From Amphiscolops sp. MND2022 (lineage: Eukaryota): a stretch of 64,000 nt of DNA. The DNA lies in contig OZ076409.1 of the NCBI GenBank assembly GCA_964187785.1, forward strand, positions 98,458,001 through 98,522,000, in the 5' to 3' direction. The translations under genes were made by a program, and so were the position numbers. Below, in pieces: positions 1 to 10,842 of this stretch. Every line of letters starts with the position of its first letter. Positions within the stretch are counted from its first letter, which is position 1. Under the pieces are notes generated by a model. It did not search any database. It was not told where the DNA came from and worked only from the letters and a program-made list of their open reading frames with translations.

Positions 1-298
1 TTAGTCTCGATTACTGTTTAGGAGAGTCGATGCACATATTAGTCTCGATTACTATTTAAGAAAGTCGATGGACACATTAGTCCTAATACTGTTTAAGAAA
101 GTCGATGCACTCATTAGTCTCCAACACTGTTTAAGAAACTCGATGCACACATTAATCTTAAGACTGTTTAAGAAAGTCGATGGACACATTAGTCTCGAAT
201 AGTGGTTAAGAAAGTCGATGCACATATTAGTCTCGATTACTGTTTAAGAGAGTCGATGCACATATTAGTCTCGAATACTTTTTAAAAAAGTCGATGGA
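1..298. repeat. 37-38 bp tandem satellite, array 1 (cut by window edge, ~8 units visible)
   Basis: Head-to-tail units like TTAGTCTCGATTACTGTTTAAGAAAGTCGATGCACACA starting at 1, 39, 77, 114; no unique spacers. Confidence 0.95.
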
Positions 299-473
299 GT
301 TCAACCTTAAATCTTACTGGTACAAATTTCAACAAAAACAAAGATTGTTTTCAAACAGAATTAACCTGTGCAAAGGTCGCAAAGTAACAAGTTCTAATGA
401 AATCTAAATCTTACTGGTATATGTTTCAACAAAAACAAAGAACTATTTCTTCTTTTTCAAATAAACCCCTGGT

Positions 474-3400
474 TTAGAAGCCACACATGGTGTTCATGTA
501 TTCGATTATCTCCGGGAGTTTGGGGTACTGCGGTATATCTGTATTGTATTTCGCGACTTCACTCAAACTTGCACGGAACGATCTTCGGATCCCGTTACGC
601 ATGGAATTGGGTAGCATTGAGGAATAGCCTTCATGTATAGTCCAAATTTGCCAAAATATTTCTCCTTCTTCGTTAATGGGGTGTGGGGATGCTTGCTTGT
701 TAAATTTCGCTTGTTTGCATCGACGGACAAACTCAGATACCATGGCAGCAGACAGGTGACAAAAATGGGGAAAACATTTGCAATATCTGACCTTCCTGAT
801 CCTCTCCTTCATGAATTCATTGAGTGCTGCAGCTGGAAAGAAAACTTTTTTAAATATTCATTGAACATTAAGTAATAAAAGAAAAATAATCAATACTGTC
901 TTATGATCATAAGTTTGGAGCCACCTTTTTCAAAATTTTATTCAAACTTTTGCCAACATGAGATACTAACGGTATTCCTGAAAAGTCAAGAAGTTTGTCC
1001 CTACAGCCACACTGTTCGCTATTGTGGACACGAAGTGGAGCGTTCCTGCTGGGATTAAAACGCCCTGTCCGGCTTTCAAAGTGATTCTGTAGGCCTGAAG
1101 ATCTCTTCTGCCTCCGAAGAACCTATTAACGGATGTCGTTGTCCTAGATGACTGAAAGCTGGCCAGTCCTTCACCAAGCTTGCCGGTCTCGTTCACAAAA
1201 ACGAACTCTTTTTCTCCGGCAAGGAGGACGTAGAACACAGAGGTTCCACTGAAGTCCACGTGCCAGTCAGCGAAACACCCAGCTTGACTGAGGATGACGT
1301 AGTTTAGCTTCCAGACGCTGCTCTTATCTCTTGGGAGTCTCATTTGCAATTTGTGTCCCAAGGAGATTTCTTTCACAAAGTTCGCAGGCTCGAACTGCAG
1401 ACTGTTGCTTGTTGTTGCGTTCAGATCAATGATGTTCATTGGTCTGGAGAGATCGAACTTGAGGAAATAGGTTTTCAGAGGCATGGTCTCAATTTCGAAC
1501 TCGTGCTGAAAAATTAACAAAGATGTAATAGTGAAATATAACTCTAACAAAAAAGGCTGGAGAATTATTGCCGATGATATTTCATCCTACATTGACTTGG
1601 AAACTTGTTGACAGTGATAATTCACGCTCAGTGTCTAAAGTGTATAAGGTTTTCTTATAGGCCAAAGTGCTTTGAAGAATGTGTATTACTGATACATTTT
1701 TCTCTATTTATACATGATAAATGTATCAAGTTTCTTTAGATGTGTCATTTTTCAGGATTTCTAATCAACCGCTACGTTGGTTAAGCATTCATTTGAGAAA
1801 ATAATCAAAAGTTTCTTACTCCCTTTAGCCAACTGCAGTTTACTGTCATTTTTGGATCTTCTTTCGCTAATACTGCTCTGAATAAACGTTCATCGGTAAG
1901 TTTGAGGTCTCCAGCTGCAAATTTGTGTGAGAAGCCCTTCAGTCTGAGAGCATCAACTATCAACATCGGCTTCTTCACAATTCCTTTTAGAGCCGTTTTC
2001 AAAAGCGCTGAGTTTTGATCAAAGAATTCGGCTTTGTATTGCAAGTAGTCTATGCCCTCTTTGCCCATCGGCAACCATTCCACCAGTTGGCGCAGTTCTG
2101 TGGCGTCGCTAAACGTTGGGTAGCCATCAGGGTCAATTGAATTGATCGCTGAAAACACACGAAATCAAAAGATAGGACACTACAAGAAATCAACTTTTCA
2201 ATTGCCAATGTTTAATATTCAGTTGTTTAGGAAAATAAAGGCTTACATTTTTTAAAAATAATTGCCTATAAAATGTCCTTAAATGTTTATAGATTTTTTA
2301 AAAAACCACGTACGATCATAGCTGCAAGAAGATTGTGTTGGAAGAGTTCGTCTCGGGGTCGGCGATTTTCTTGGATTCCGCTTTTTTGCAGGAGTAATGG
2401 GCCCGCCGGTAGGAGGAACGGCACCTTAGCACAAAAACAAATGTCAACACAGACTATCATTTCCAAAACAAAAATTTTAGGAAATATTTAAAATACCTAG
2501 TACATTTCCCCGGATATAAAGTGGAAAAATAATACGTACGTTTCTTTGGAGTCAGGGATTTTCGTGGACTCCGCTTCCTTGCTTTAGCCTTCTGAAAGAG
2601 GGGAGGTAGAGGAGGAAAGAGTGTAGGACGAGAAGACGGAGCAAGAGGAGGACCAGGTGTACGAAAAAGAGAGTCCAAACGAGACGGAGCAGGTGTAGGA
2701 GGGGGAGACGCCATAGAAGAAGAAGCACCAGGTGTAGGAGGAGGAGGAGGAGGAGGAGGAGGAGACGCCATACGAGAAGGACCAGGTGTTGGAGGCGGAG
2801 AATCCATACGAGAAGGACCAGGTGTAGGAGGAGGAGAAGCAGTACGAAGAAGATTAGTGGCCGTTAGCGGGGCTGAAAACAATTTTGTTAAGAAAGGCAG
2901 TAAAAATCTTATTCAATTCAACATCAATAAGACTTCAAAAAACTAACAAATCTAATAACTTTATTTTATATCCCTAATATTTTGAAGCTGAATAATAAAT
3001 CCCATTTCAAACTAAATGTAAAAATTCAAAATTAAAGGTAAAAAGGTTTCTCGATTTTTGTTCATGCTGTACGCCAAAACTTGTTCTGGAAACTAAAAAA
3101 AAGCGAACAAGCACAAAAATTGAAACCAATCTTATGTTCATTTGAAGTCTCTTGCAAATAAACAAGCTCTTCTTTTCAAATCCGGAAAAGAATTTAGAAC
3201 CTCTCAATTCAATTTGAAGGAAAAAAATTTCAGGTTTTTCTGTTTCTCTTTCATGCCGTATTCCAATAATTGTTCAGTAAAATCTAAAAAAAACGGACAA
3301 GCTAAACTTATTATCATTTGAAGTCTCCTGCAAGTAATCAAGCTATTTTTTGCTTAACTGAACTTAGAGTTGTTCTATTCATTGGTACTCTTATTGTTAC

Positions 3401-6257
3401 AACATTTTTCGAAGTTTCATTTTTTTGTTTTTTGAAAACGTTTTCCCAAAAGACTCTTTCAAAGCATTAGCAATAAAAGTTTTGGTTTACCGCAATTATC
3501 TTTTGTTGAAGCTTCCCCAAAGGGACCGCATATGCTGGGATTCGCGGCCGTTCTTGTCATTTTTGTAGTCGTCATACTTGTTGTCGTTATCGGGGCTAAA
3601 AACATTTTCAAGAAAAGCATTAAATCATAATCAATACAACTTCTTTCGAATTTCGAAAAACTAACACAATGTTGCCTTTCTCTTCTGGGGCGATGTTAGT
3701 TTCGTTGTTGTTTTTGAGGCTGAAAAAACATAAATCAAGCAAAACGTTGAAAACATTAATCAAATCATCATCAGTGAAACTTCGAAATACTAACAAGAGG
3801 TTGCTCTTCTCTTTCGAAGCTTCGGCATTCTCATGGTCGTTATCAGCGCTGAAAACACTATTGTCAAGAAAAGCATCTAAAACCTAATCAAAACCACATC
3901 ACTGAAGCATCGAATTACTAACAAGAAGTTGCTCTTCTTTTGCGAGGCGTTGTTGTTCCCGTGGTCGTTAACGAACCTGAAAACAATTACGTAAAAAACG
4001 CATTGAACATCTTAATAAGTTGAACATCAGATAACCATCGAAGTACTAACAAGATATTGCTCTCCTTCTTCCGGGCTTTGGCATTCTCGTGGTCGTTGTT
4101 GCCGCTGAAGACACTACTAACAAGAAAAGCAGTGAAAGTCCTATTTAATTTCACATGCAGTCGGGAATTGAACTGAAAAACTTATTCAACACTAACGAGT
4201 GCCAGACATTCTTCCTAACGGTGGAGTTGGATCCAGCTCCTTTACAGAATGAGAGCCAGTGTAGTCTCTTGTAATTTGATAATTCGTTTTACCCGTGGAC
4301 GACCGAGCGGCTACGTTGCTTCCATAGTCAGCCCAGCTGGCACCTGCTTTATGTCCTTTTTTGTAGTGGTCCACATTCAGAGGAAGGAATGCCTCTTTCC
4401 TCATTAGAGTGTATTTGAAAACTTGTTTTTCATGCGTCAGCGCTTGGACAACTTCTCGAGTTGCTGCCAAGTACTCATCAGCATAAGAGTCTGGGTCTTT
4501 GAAATCCCTTTCCTGAAAATCCTTGTACGTCTTGTTCATAATCGCCTGTGGATTCGAATCTTCGATTTGCTTCCGCTGCCATTTGCAGTCGTAGTTTAAA
4601 GCATGCTGAGCAGTTGCCGCGGGACAGGTAAACTCGAAAAATTTCATTTCACCATCTTTGTCCCTCTTGGCAGTGCCTTTCATGCCACAAAACATGCATG
4701 TTTTCCATTTGTTTTTCGTTATCAAATCTTCAGCTGCTTTCAAAACGCAATGTGACACATTACCCCGGCGTCTGTGCTGCTTCAGGGTCTTGGCGTTTTT
4801 GAAACTCTCTCCACAATCTAAAAGCATCAACAATCGATTCATAAAATACCTCACATGCGGCCCATCAAGAAGTCGTTGAAAAAAAATTGAATAATTGCCA
4901 ATAATGGATTTGTTTCCCCACAAGAGACTAAAACTAAAGAATAAAAATTTATTGGATGCAAAATGGGAGGTCCAAATTACACCAGATTGGGTGTTCAAAA
5001 CAATGACAAGTACACATGCAGGAGGTTTCAATGAACAAATTTTGGCTTCGATTTTTGTTTTTTAATTTAATTTGAAATGGGAGGTTCTAAATACATCTAG
5101 GGATTCAAAAAATTGACATGCACACATGCAGGAGACTTTCACAGAACTTTATTTTGTCTTCGATTTTTGTGCTTTTCCGTAAAAAACTGTTTTGGCCACT
5201 TATTGATGTACGTCATAGAGAAAAACTGAAACACTGGGAGAATTTTTTATTAAATCTGAAATGGGAGGTTCTAAATACATCTAGGGATTCAAAAAATTGA
5301 CATGCACACATGCAGGAGACTTTCACAGAACTTTATTTTGTCTTCGATTTTTGTGCTTTTCCGTAAAAAACTGTTTTGGCCACTTATTAATGTACGTCAT
5401 GGAGAAAAACTGAAACACTGGGAAAATTTTTTTATTAAATCTGAAATGGGAGGTTCTAAATACATCTAGGGATTCAAAAAATTGACATGCACACATGCAG
5501 GAGACTTTCACAGAACTTTATTTTGTCTTCGATTTTTGTGCTTTTCCGTAAAAGCTTTTTTTTGGCCAGATATTGATGTACGTCATAGAGAAAAACTGAA
5601 ACACTGGGAAAAATTTTTTATTAAATCTGAAATGGGAGGTTCTAAATTCATCAAAGGATTCCAAAAATTGACATGTACACATGCCGGAGGCTTCAACGGA
5701 ACATTATTTTGGCTTCGATTTTTGTGCTCTCCCGTATAAAACTTTTTTGGCCAGTTATTGGGGTATTGAATCTGTGGGTGGGGTTGTAACTAACAGAAAA
5801 GATCCAAAACTTCATGAAATAATTGTAGTATAAAAATTGTGGATATAAAGATACAAGACTGAATAAGATTGAACCAAAAAATAGAAATTCTGTTAAAAGG
5901 GTTTATTTACATTGTCGAAAAATTGTTATATTATTCAAGGTTTCTCGTTACAACAGAAAAAATAGAAGGATCCAAGCTTTTGCGATAAGCAATAATTACA
6001 TGCAAATTTGTGCTGAAAAGGCAGATTAGTTAGTTATACGCCTATTTGGTAAATAGACTCTGATTATCTCTAGGCGTGAAATAGACATAACTCAGTTCGT
6101 TGCACTATATTTCCTTGTAATATATAACTCAATTCATCGTAAAAAGATGTACCATCTTTTCATCGTAGACTATTGCTTGATAGGTCATCTTTTACAAAGC
6201 CCTATACATATATAGCAAAATTGCAGAGTTGTTTAACTTACCATCGCATACAGGCAT
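474..6257 (-). CDS. Zinc-finger + JmjC domain protein, KDM2/KDM7 (JHDM1/PHF8)-like putative histone demethylase, 12 exons, ~874 aa
   Basis: Hand-spliced exons in transcription order: 6242-6257, 4197-4817, 4051-4104, 3923-3976, 3795-3848, 3666-3719, 3491-3595, 2540-2872, 2314-2424, 1820-2148, 971-1505, 474-832. All introns are GT-AG with matching phases; total 2625 nt. JmjC motifs ADWHVDFSGTSVFY, GEKEF, IPAGTLHFVST, GTNFL and downstream FPHF; the HxD...H iron triad is intact. The exon1/2 join gives MPVCDDCGESFKNAKTLKQH (C2H2-like). Confidence 0.85.
3590..4140 (-). repeat. ~128 bp tandem exon+intron repeat carrying 54-nt microexons of the JmjC gene
   Basis: Donor complement ctaac at 3661, 3790, 3918, 4046, each followed by 54 nt and ctg (CAG acceptor); similar sequences. 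Confidence 0.85.
4960..5760. repeat. 184-186 bp tandem repeat (~4 units) in JmjC intron 1
   Basis: AAATGGGAGGTTCTAAAT recurs at 5075, 5259, 5444, 5630, with a degenerate copy at ~4961. Confidence 0.95.
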
Positions 6258-6707
6258 TATTAGTTAGGATACAGGATACAGCATACAGAATACATTGATA
6301 CAGAATACAGGATTAGTTAGCTAAAGCCGAGAAGTAACAGATCAACAGGTTAAACAAGTTGATGTGCGAAGTAAAGTGAGATGATGCTTGTTTAAATTTT
6401 TGAAATTAATGAATGAAGGCAGCTGAATTTGAAACAATGAAATGTCAATGTAAAATAAATCAGACGCACGCTCAATTTTGAAAAAAGTTCAAGTAAATTG
6501 AAGCCATTTCTACAAAATAGTCGATGCCTTTTCTTAGCGGTCAGAAGATCTCAGCATTTCAACCAATCAAATTTCAGCACTGTCGTTACTTGTGGTATTT
6601 TCAATGACAGTTGAATGCGCATTGCAAACTTTGGTAGGATCAATTGTGTTCTGTCGAGTACTGTTGAACAAAATTGATGCCTGTTCTACACTTTACACAA
6701 TCATCTG

Positions 6708-7650
6708 GAATACTGTTTAAGGAAATCGATGCACACATTACTATCGAATACCGTTTAAGTAATTCAATGCACACATTAGTCTCGATTACTGTTTAAGAGA
6801 GTCGATGCACATATTAGTCTCGATTCCTATTTAGGAAAGTCGATGGACACATTAGTCTTAATACTGTTTAAGAATGTCGATGCACAAATTAGTCCTAATA
6901 CTGTTTAAGAATGTCAATGCACACATTAGTCTCCAATACTGATTAAGAATGTCGATGCGCACACATTAGTCCTAATACTGTTTAAGAAAGTCGATGCACA
7001 CAAAAGTCTTATGACTGTTTAGGAAAGTCGATGCACACATTTGTCTTAAGACTGTTTAAGAAAGTCGATGCACACATTAGTCTTCAATACTGATTAAGAA
7101 AGTCGATGCACACATTAGTCTTAATACTGTTTGAGAAAGTCGATGCACACATTTGTCTCGATTACTATTTAAGAGAGTCGATGCACATATTAGTCTTCAA
7201 TACTGTTTAGGAAAGTCGATGCACACATTAGTCTTAATACTGTTTACGAAAGTCGATGCACACATAAGTCTTACGACTGTTTAGGAAAGTCGATGCACAC
7301 ATAAGTCTTAAGACTGTTTAAGAAAGTCGATGCACACATAAGTCTTAATACTGTTTAAGAAAGTCGATGCCCACATTAGTCTTGATTACTGTTTTAGGAA
7401 GTCGATGCACATATTAGTCTCGATTACGGTTTAGGAGAGTCGATGCACATATTAGTCTCGATTGCTATTTAAGGAAACCGATGCACACATTAGTTTTAAT
7501 ACTGTTTAAGAAATTCGATGCACTCATTAGTCTGCAATACTGTTTAAGGAAATCGATGCACACATAAGTCTCGACTACTGTTTAAGAGAGTCGATGCACA
7601 TATTAGTCTCGATTACTATTTGAGAAAATCGATGGACACATAATTAGTCC
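6708..7650. repeat. 37-38 bp tandem satellite, array 2 (~25 units), between the divergent JmjC and SET genes
   Basis: Same unit and orientation as 1-298. Confidence 0.97.
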
Positions 7651-7819
7651 CCCTGTTAAAGGAACCCAAATTGACACTTTCAAAACTCAAAAATTGAAAT
7701 TCCTCAATTATTTCATCCCCACGAATAAATGTTTTTTTTAGTCAGCCTAAAAAAGTCAGCAGATCAGTTTAAAAACGTTCTGTAATCAACTAAAGTAATA
7801 TGTATGCGTAGTTGTAATC

Positions 7820-8062
7820 AATCAAGAGTCGACTCAATTTCAGGCGTGATTACAGCCGATTGCGTGTAAAATGAGCCGACCAGTAATTGAGAGTTATAAT
7901 CCTTGTAATTATCACACCAATCTTCAGCATTCTATCAAACACTCTTGCAACGCAAATCAAGAGTCGACTCAAATTCAGGCGCTATTAGAGCCAATTACGT
8001 GTGAATTGAGCCTACTAGTTTTTTTGAGTGATAATCTTGTAAATATCATTCCAATCTCCAGT
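7820..8062. repeat. Diverged ~135 bp direct duplication just upstream of the SET gene ATG
   Basis: AATCAAGAGTCGACTCAA(T/A)TTCAGGCG at ~7820 and ~7955, with colinear downstream similarity; contains the palindrome GAGTCGACTC. Confidence 0.75.
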
Positions 8063-8124
8063 TAACTGTCGAACACTTGCATTTCAAAACTGCTGCTTCG
8101 AGATAAAAAACTCTACATCCCGAC

Positions 8125-10842
8125 ATGAGCCAACAAACTCCTGTTCTGCAACTTGAGAACTTCGTTCCTTGTGTTCAATCAACGAATATGATAAGCACCC
8201 TTGAGTCTAATTTCGCTGAAAACGCAGAAATACTGGCTCCTGAAGTTGTAGATTCTCACTTACCATCAACGAATATCATGAGCACCACCGAGTCAAATTT
8301 TGCTAAAACCGCGGAAGAACTGGCTTCTGAGAATGGAGAGACTCAATTACCAGCATTGAAAAAATTGAGCTCCGTCGACTCAAATTTTGCAAAAACTGCA
8401 GAGGAACAGGCTTCTGCGAATGGAGATCCTCAATTAACATCGTTGGTGCTTCCACAATCTTTATCTCAACCTATCTTCTCTCAGACTCCCGCTTTCAGCA
8501 CTTCTGCTCACTTGCTGAGAGGGGTGACTGAAATTCTCCCAACGCCGCCTGCTACTCCTCGGGCTAATACACAGGCCGTAAATGGTTCTTTCGATTACCA
8601 GTTCATTCTTCCAACTTCGACGCCACTCAACCCAAGTACATCTCTTCCTCAGCTGACCGATTCAATGATAGGTGACTTTATTGCAACGCCGAGTGAGCTG
8701 ACAATGAACGCCATCACTTCAACTCAATTCCGGTTCCAACCTGCTCCAGAGAGCAATCCGGTTCAACAAGTACTTTCCGAAGTTCGGAGGAAACGAAAAA
8801 ATTCGTGCCAGAATGAGGAAGAAAACGACGAGTTAGCACGTGCGTCGAAACGACAAAAAGTCAATGCAGAGAGTGTCGTTAGGAGCATCAATGTTGCTTA
8901 TGTCCAGAATCGAGCGTTTCCAGCCGATGCATGCGAAGATCTCATGGGAGATTTAGTGGAACAGTTCGAGTTTTCATCTCGCCTCTCCTTCACTGACAGG
9001 AAGACGTTACACAATTTGATAATTGTTTACCTGATGGAGTTCGCAGAACCAAGATGTTCAACAGCTGAACTAGAAACCTTCACAGTGAATTTGTTTGCGC
9101 AGACAATCCCGGAACTTCAAGCCAAGGCGGATACTCGAGGGACAGTGACCTTAACCTGCGCGAACACGAGGACCCCTGGTGGTTTCAGGTGGGTGGAAAA
9201 TTGTTCGAAATTAGTTGCATGGAACATTTCTGTGAAAGAAAAAGTGTTTACGTGAAAAATGTCTTGGAATACTTCAGTGAAAACAGTTAGTTCAAAAAAA
9301 TAAGCAGCGTCAAAATACTTCCCTAAATATTAGTTTCCTAGTCACAAAATTCGTTTTACAGATCGCACACAATCTCTTGGATAGTGGGAAGGGGCCTGCA
9401 AGTCTATTACTCAGACGTACGTCCGAATTTCAAACCAAAGATTGGAGTACCTCAGATGCAAACACGATTTCAGGGAAGTGAGAAGCTGGTTTGGACAGAG
9501 CCTTTCTTCTTCAATTCTACCGGAAACACCATTATCAACTTCCGAGATAAGTCAAAGAAAGAGATGGTCAAAGTGAGTCTAAGAATTCATGCAATATGAA
9601 AGGGACATATGAAATAGCCAAAAAAATGTTTTTGGAATTTGTTTGGATTGTTTATTGTTTTTAGAGAAATTTTAGACTAAATTTCAAAATGATGGAATAG
9701 TTTACGTTTCGTGGCAGTTTCGAACATCGTTCCTCTGTGTTCGAAAACTATTATTCTACCATTTTCACCAAAACTCTTTCACGCAACATTTAGGGTCTTT
9801 GAATATTTGTTTAAGGAATTTGGTGACACTTGGAAGATAACAAAACATAATATAATTTTGATCTATTTTCTCTACGTCTAATTTGTTCATTTCTTGCTTA
9901 TTACAGCTGAGGCACAACTGCAGAGATGAGAATTTCGCCCTCAAACGTATCGTCAGGCTGAAAACACCTTCAACTTACAAGCCGGATGAACTCTTTCCGT
10001 CAGTGCAGCATGTCTCCAATCTGTTGTACAATTCAATTGGAAGAGCTGTCAACTTCGAGGATTTGACAAACCTTGTCACTAAACGATTGCAGACGCTAAG
10101 GACTGAACGCTTCTCCACGCAGGTTGAAGCCTTTGCCGATGAGTTTCGCATCAAAGCAAATCCCGAAACGGACTATGCCAATTTCTTTGACCATGCATTC
10201 CGACAAGGGTGGAACACGTGCAAAGTTGGGTCATGGCAAGACGGGAAAATCAAATCCAAGCTACATAAAACTCTATTGGACTACCGGGAAGGAAAAAGCG
10301 CCCAAAAACCTCGAGGTGCACCCTTCAATTCGAACTTGGAGTACAAGAGCAGTGTCTCAAACAACGAGGGTTGGCAATACGACTTTTTACACCGTGAGGA
10401 CACACAGACGTGGGACGGGATCACCTGTGTCACATATCCTGACATGGGTCGTGGCGTGATGACACTGAAGCCGTTTAAAAAGGGCGATGTCATTTGCGAC
10501 TATCATGGTTGTCTCGTTGACGAAAAGGATGCAGCCTCGTACGCTGCAAGAACAGGCCGTGACATGTCCTATATAATTGAAGTTTCAACAGACATTAGGC
10601 GTCTTGTCGATGCATCCAATGAGGACTGTCCTCACCATCCCCGAAATTTGTGCCTTGGAAGACTATGCAATCACTCAAGGCTCAGGAATAAGCAGTGCAC
10701 AGCCCGCTTGGGGGAAGTAGTTTGCAGAAAACTCCCTCAAAAGCCTAGAAAAGTGGCACTGGTTGCACTCAGAGACCTTCCCCCTTTCACCCAGGTTCTG
10801 TTTGACTATGGCGATCCTGCAGCATGGAAAATGTTCAACTGA
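8125..10842 (+). CDS. SET-domain protein, PR-Set7/SETD8(KMT5A)-like putative lysine methyltransferase, 3 exons, ~736 aa
   Basis: Exons 8125-9188, 9362-9572, 9907-10842 (GT-AG, phases 2 and 0 match; 2211 nt). SET motifs MGRGV, ICDYHG, LVDAS, LGRLCNHS, VLFDYGD, with no Cys-rich pre/post-SET. The N-terminus has three ~29-aa repeats (SNFAKTAEE-like) and a basic RRKRK motif. Confidence 0.88.

Noticed and set aside
305..445. ~35-bp direct repeat (AAATCTTACTGGTA..TTTCAACAAAAACAAAGA) as element terminus or TSD
   Set aside because: Both copies lie in the JmjC 3' flank ~97 bp apart with no partner at the other side of the cassette; probably a local duplication.
474..5031. ORF-track entries 474-812, 966-1550, 1805-2158, 2457-2882 and 4192-5031 as separate genes
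   Set aside because: They join through phase-compatible GT-AG introns into one JmjC gene, and the listed starts are mostly intronic non-ATG codons.
6708..7650. CRISPR-like array (38-bp periodicity)
   Set aside because: The units are contiguous with no unique spacers, there are no cas genes, and the context is eukaryotic and intron-containing; it is a satellite.
8800..10300. Transposase or tyrosine recombinase fused to the SET domain
   Set aside because: No convincing DDE or R-H-R-H-Y motif is recognisable by eye; a profile-HMM/structure search would be needed.
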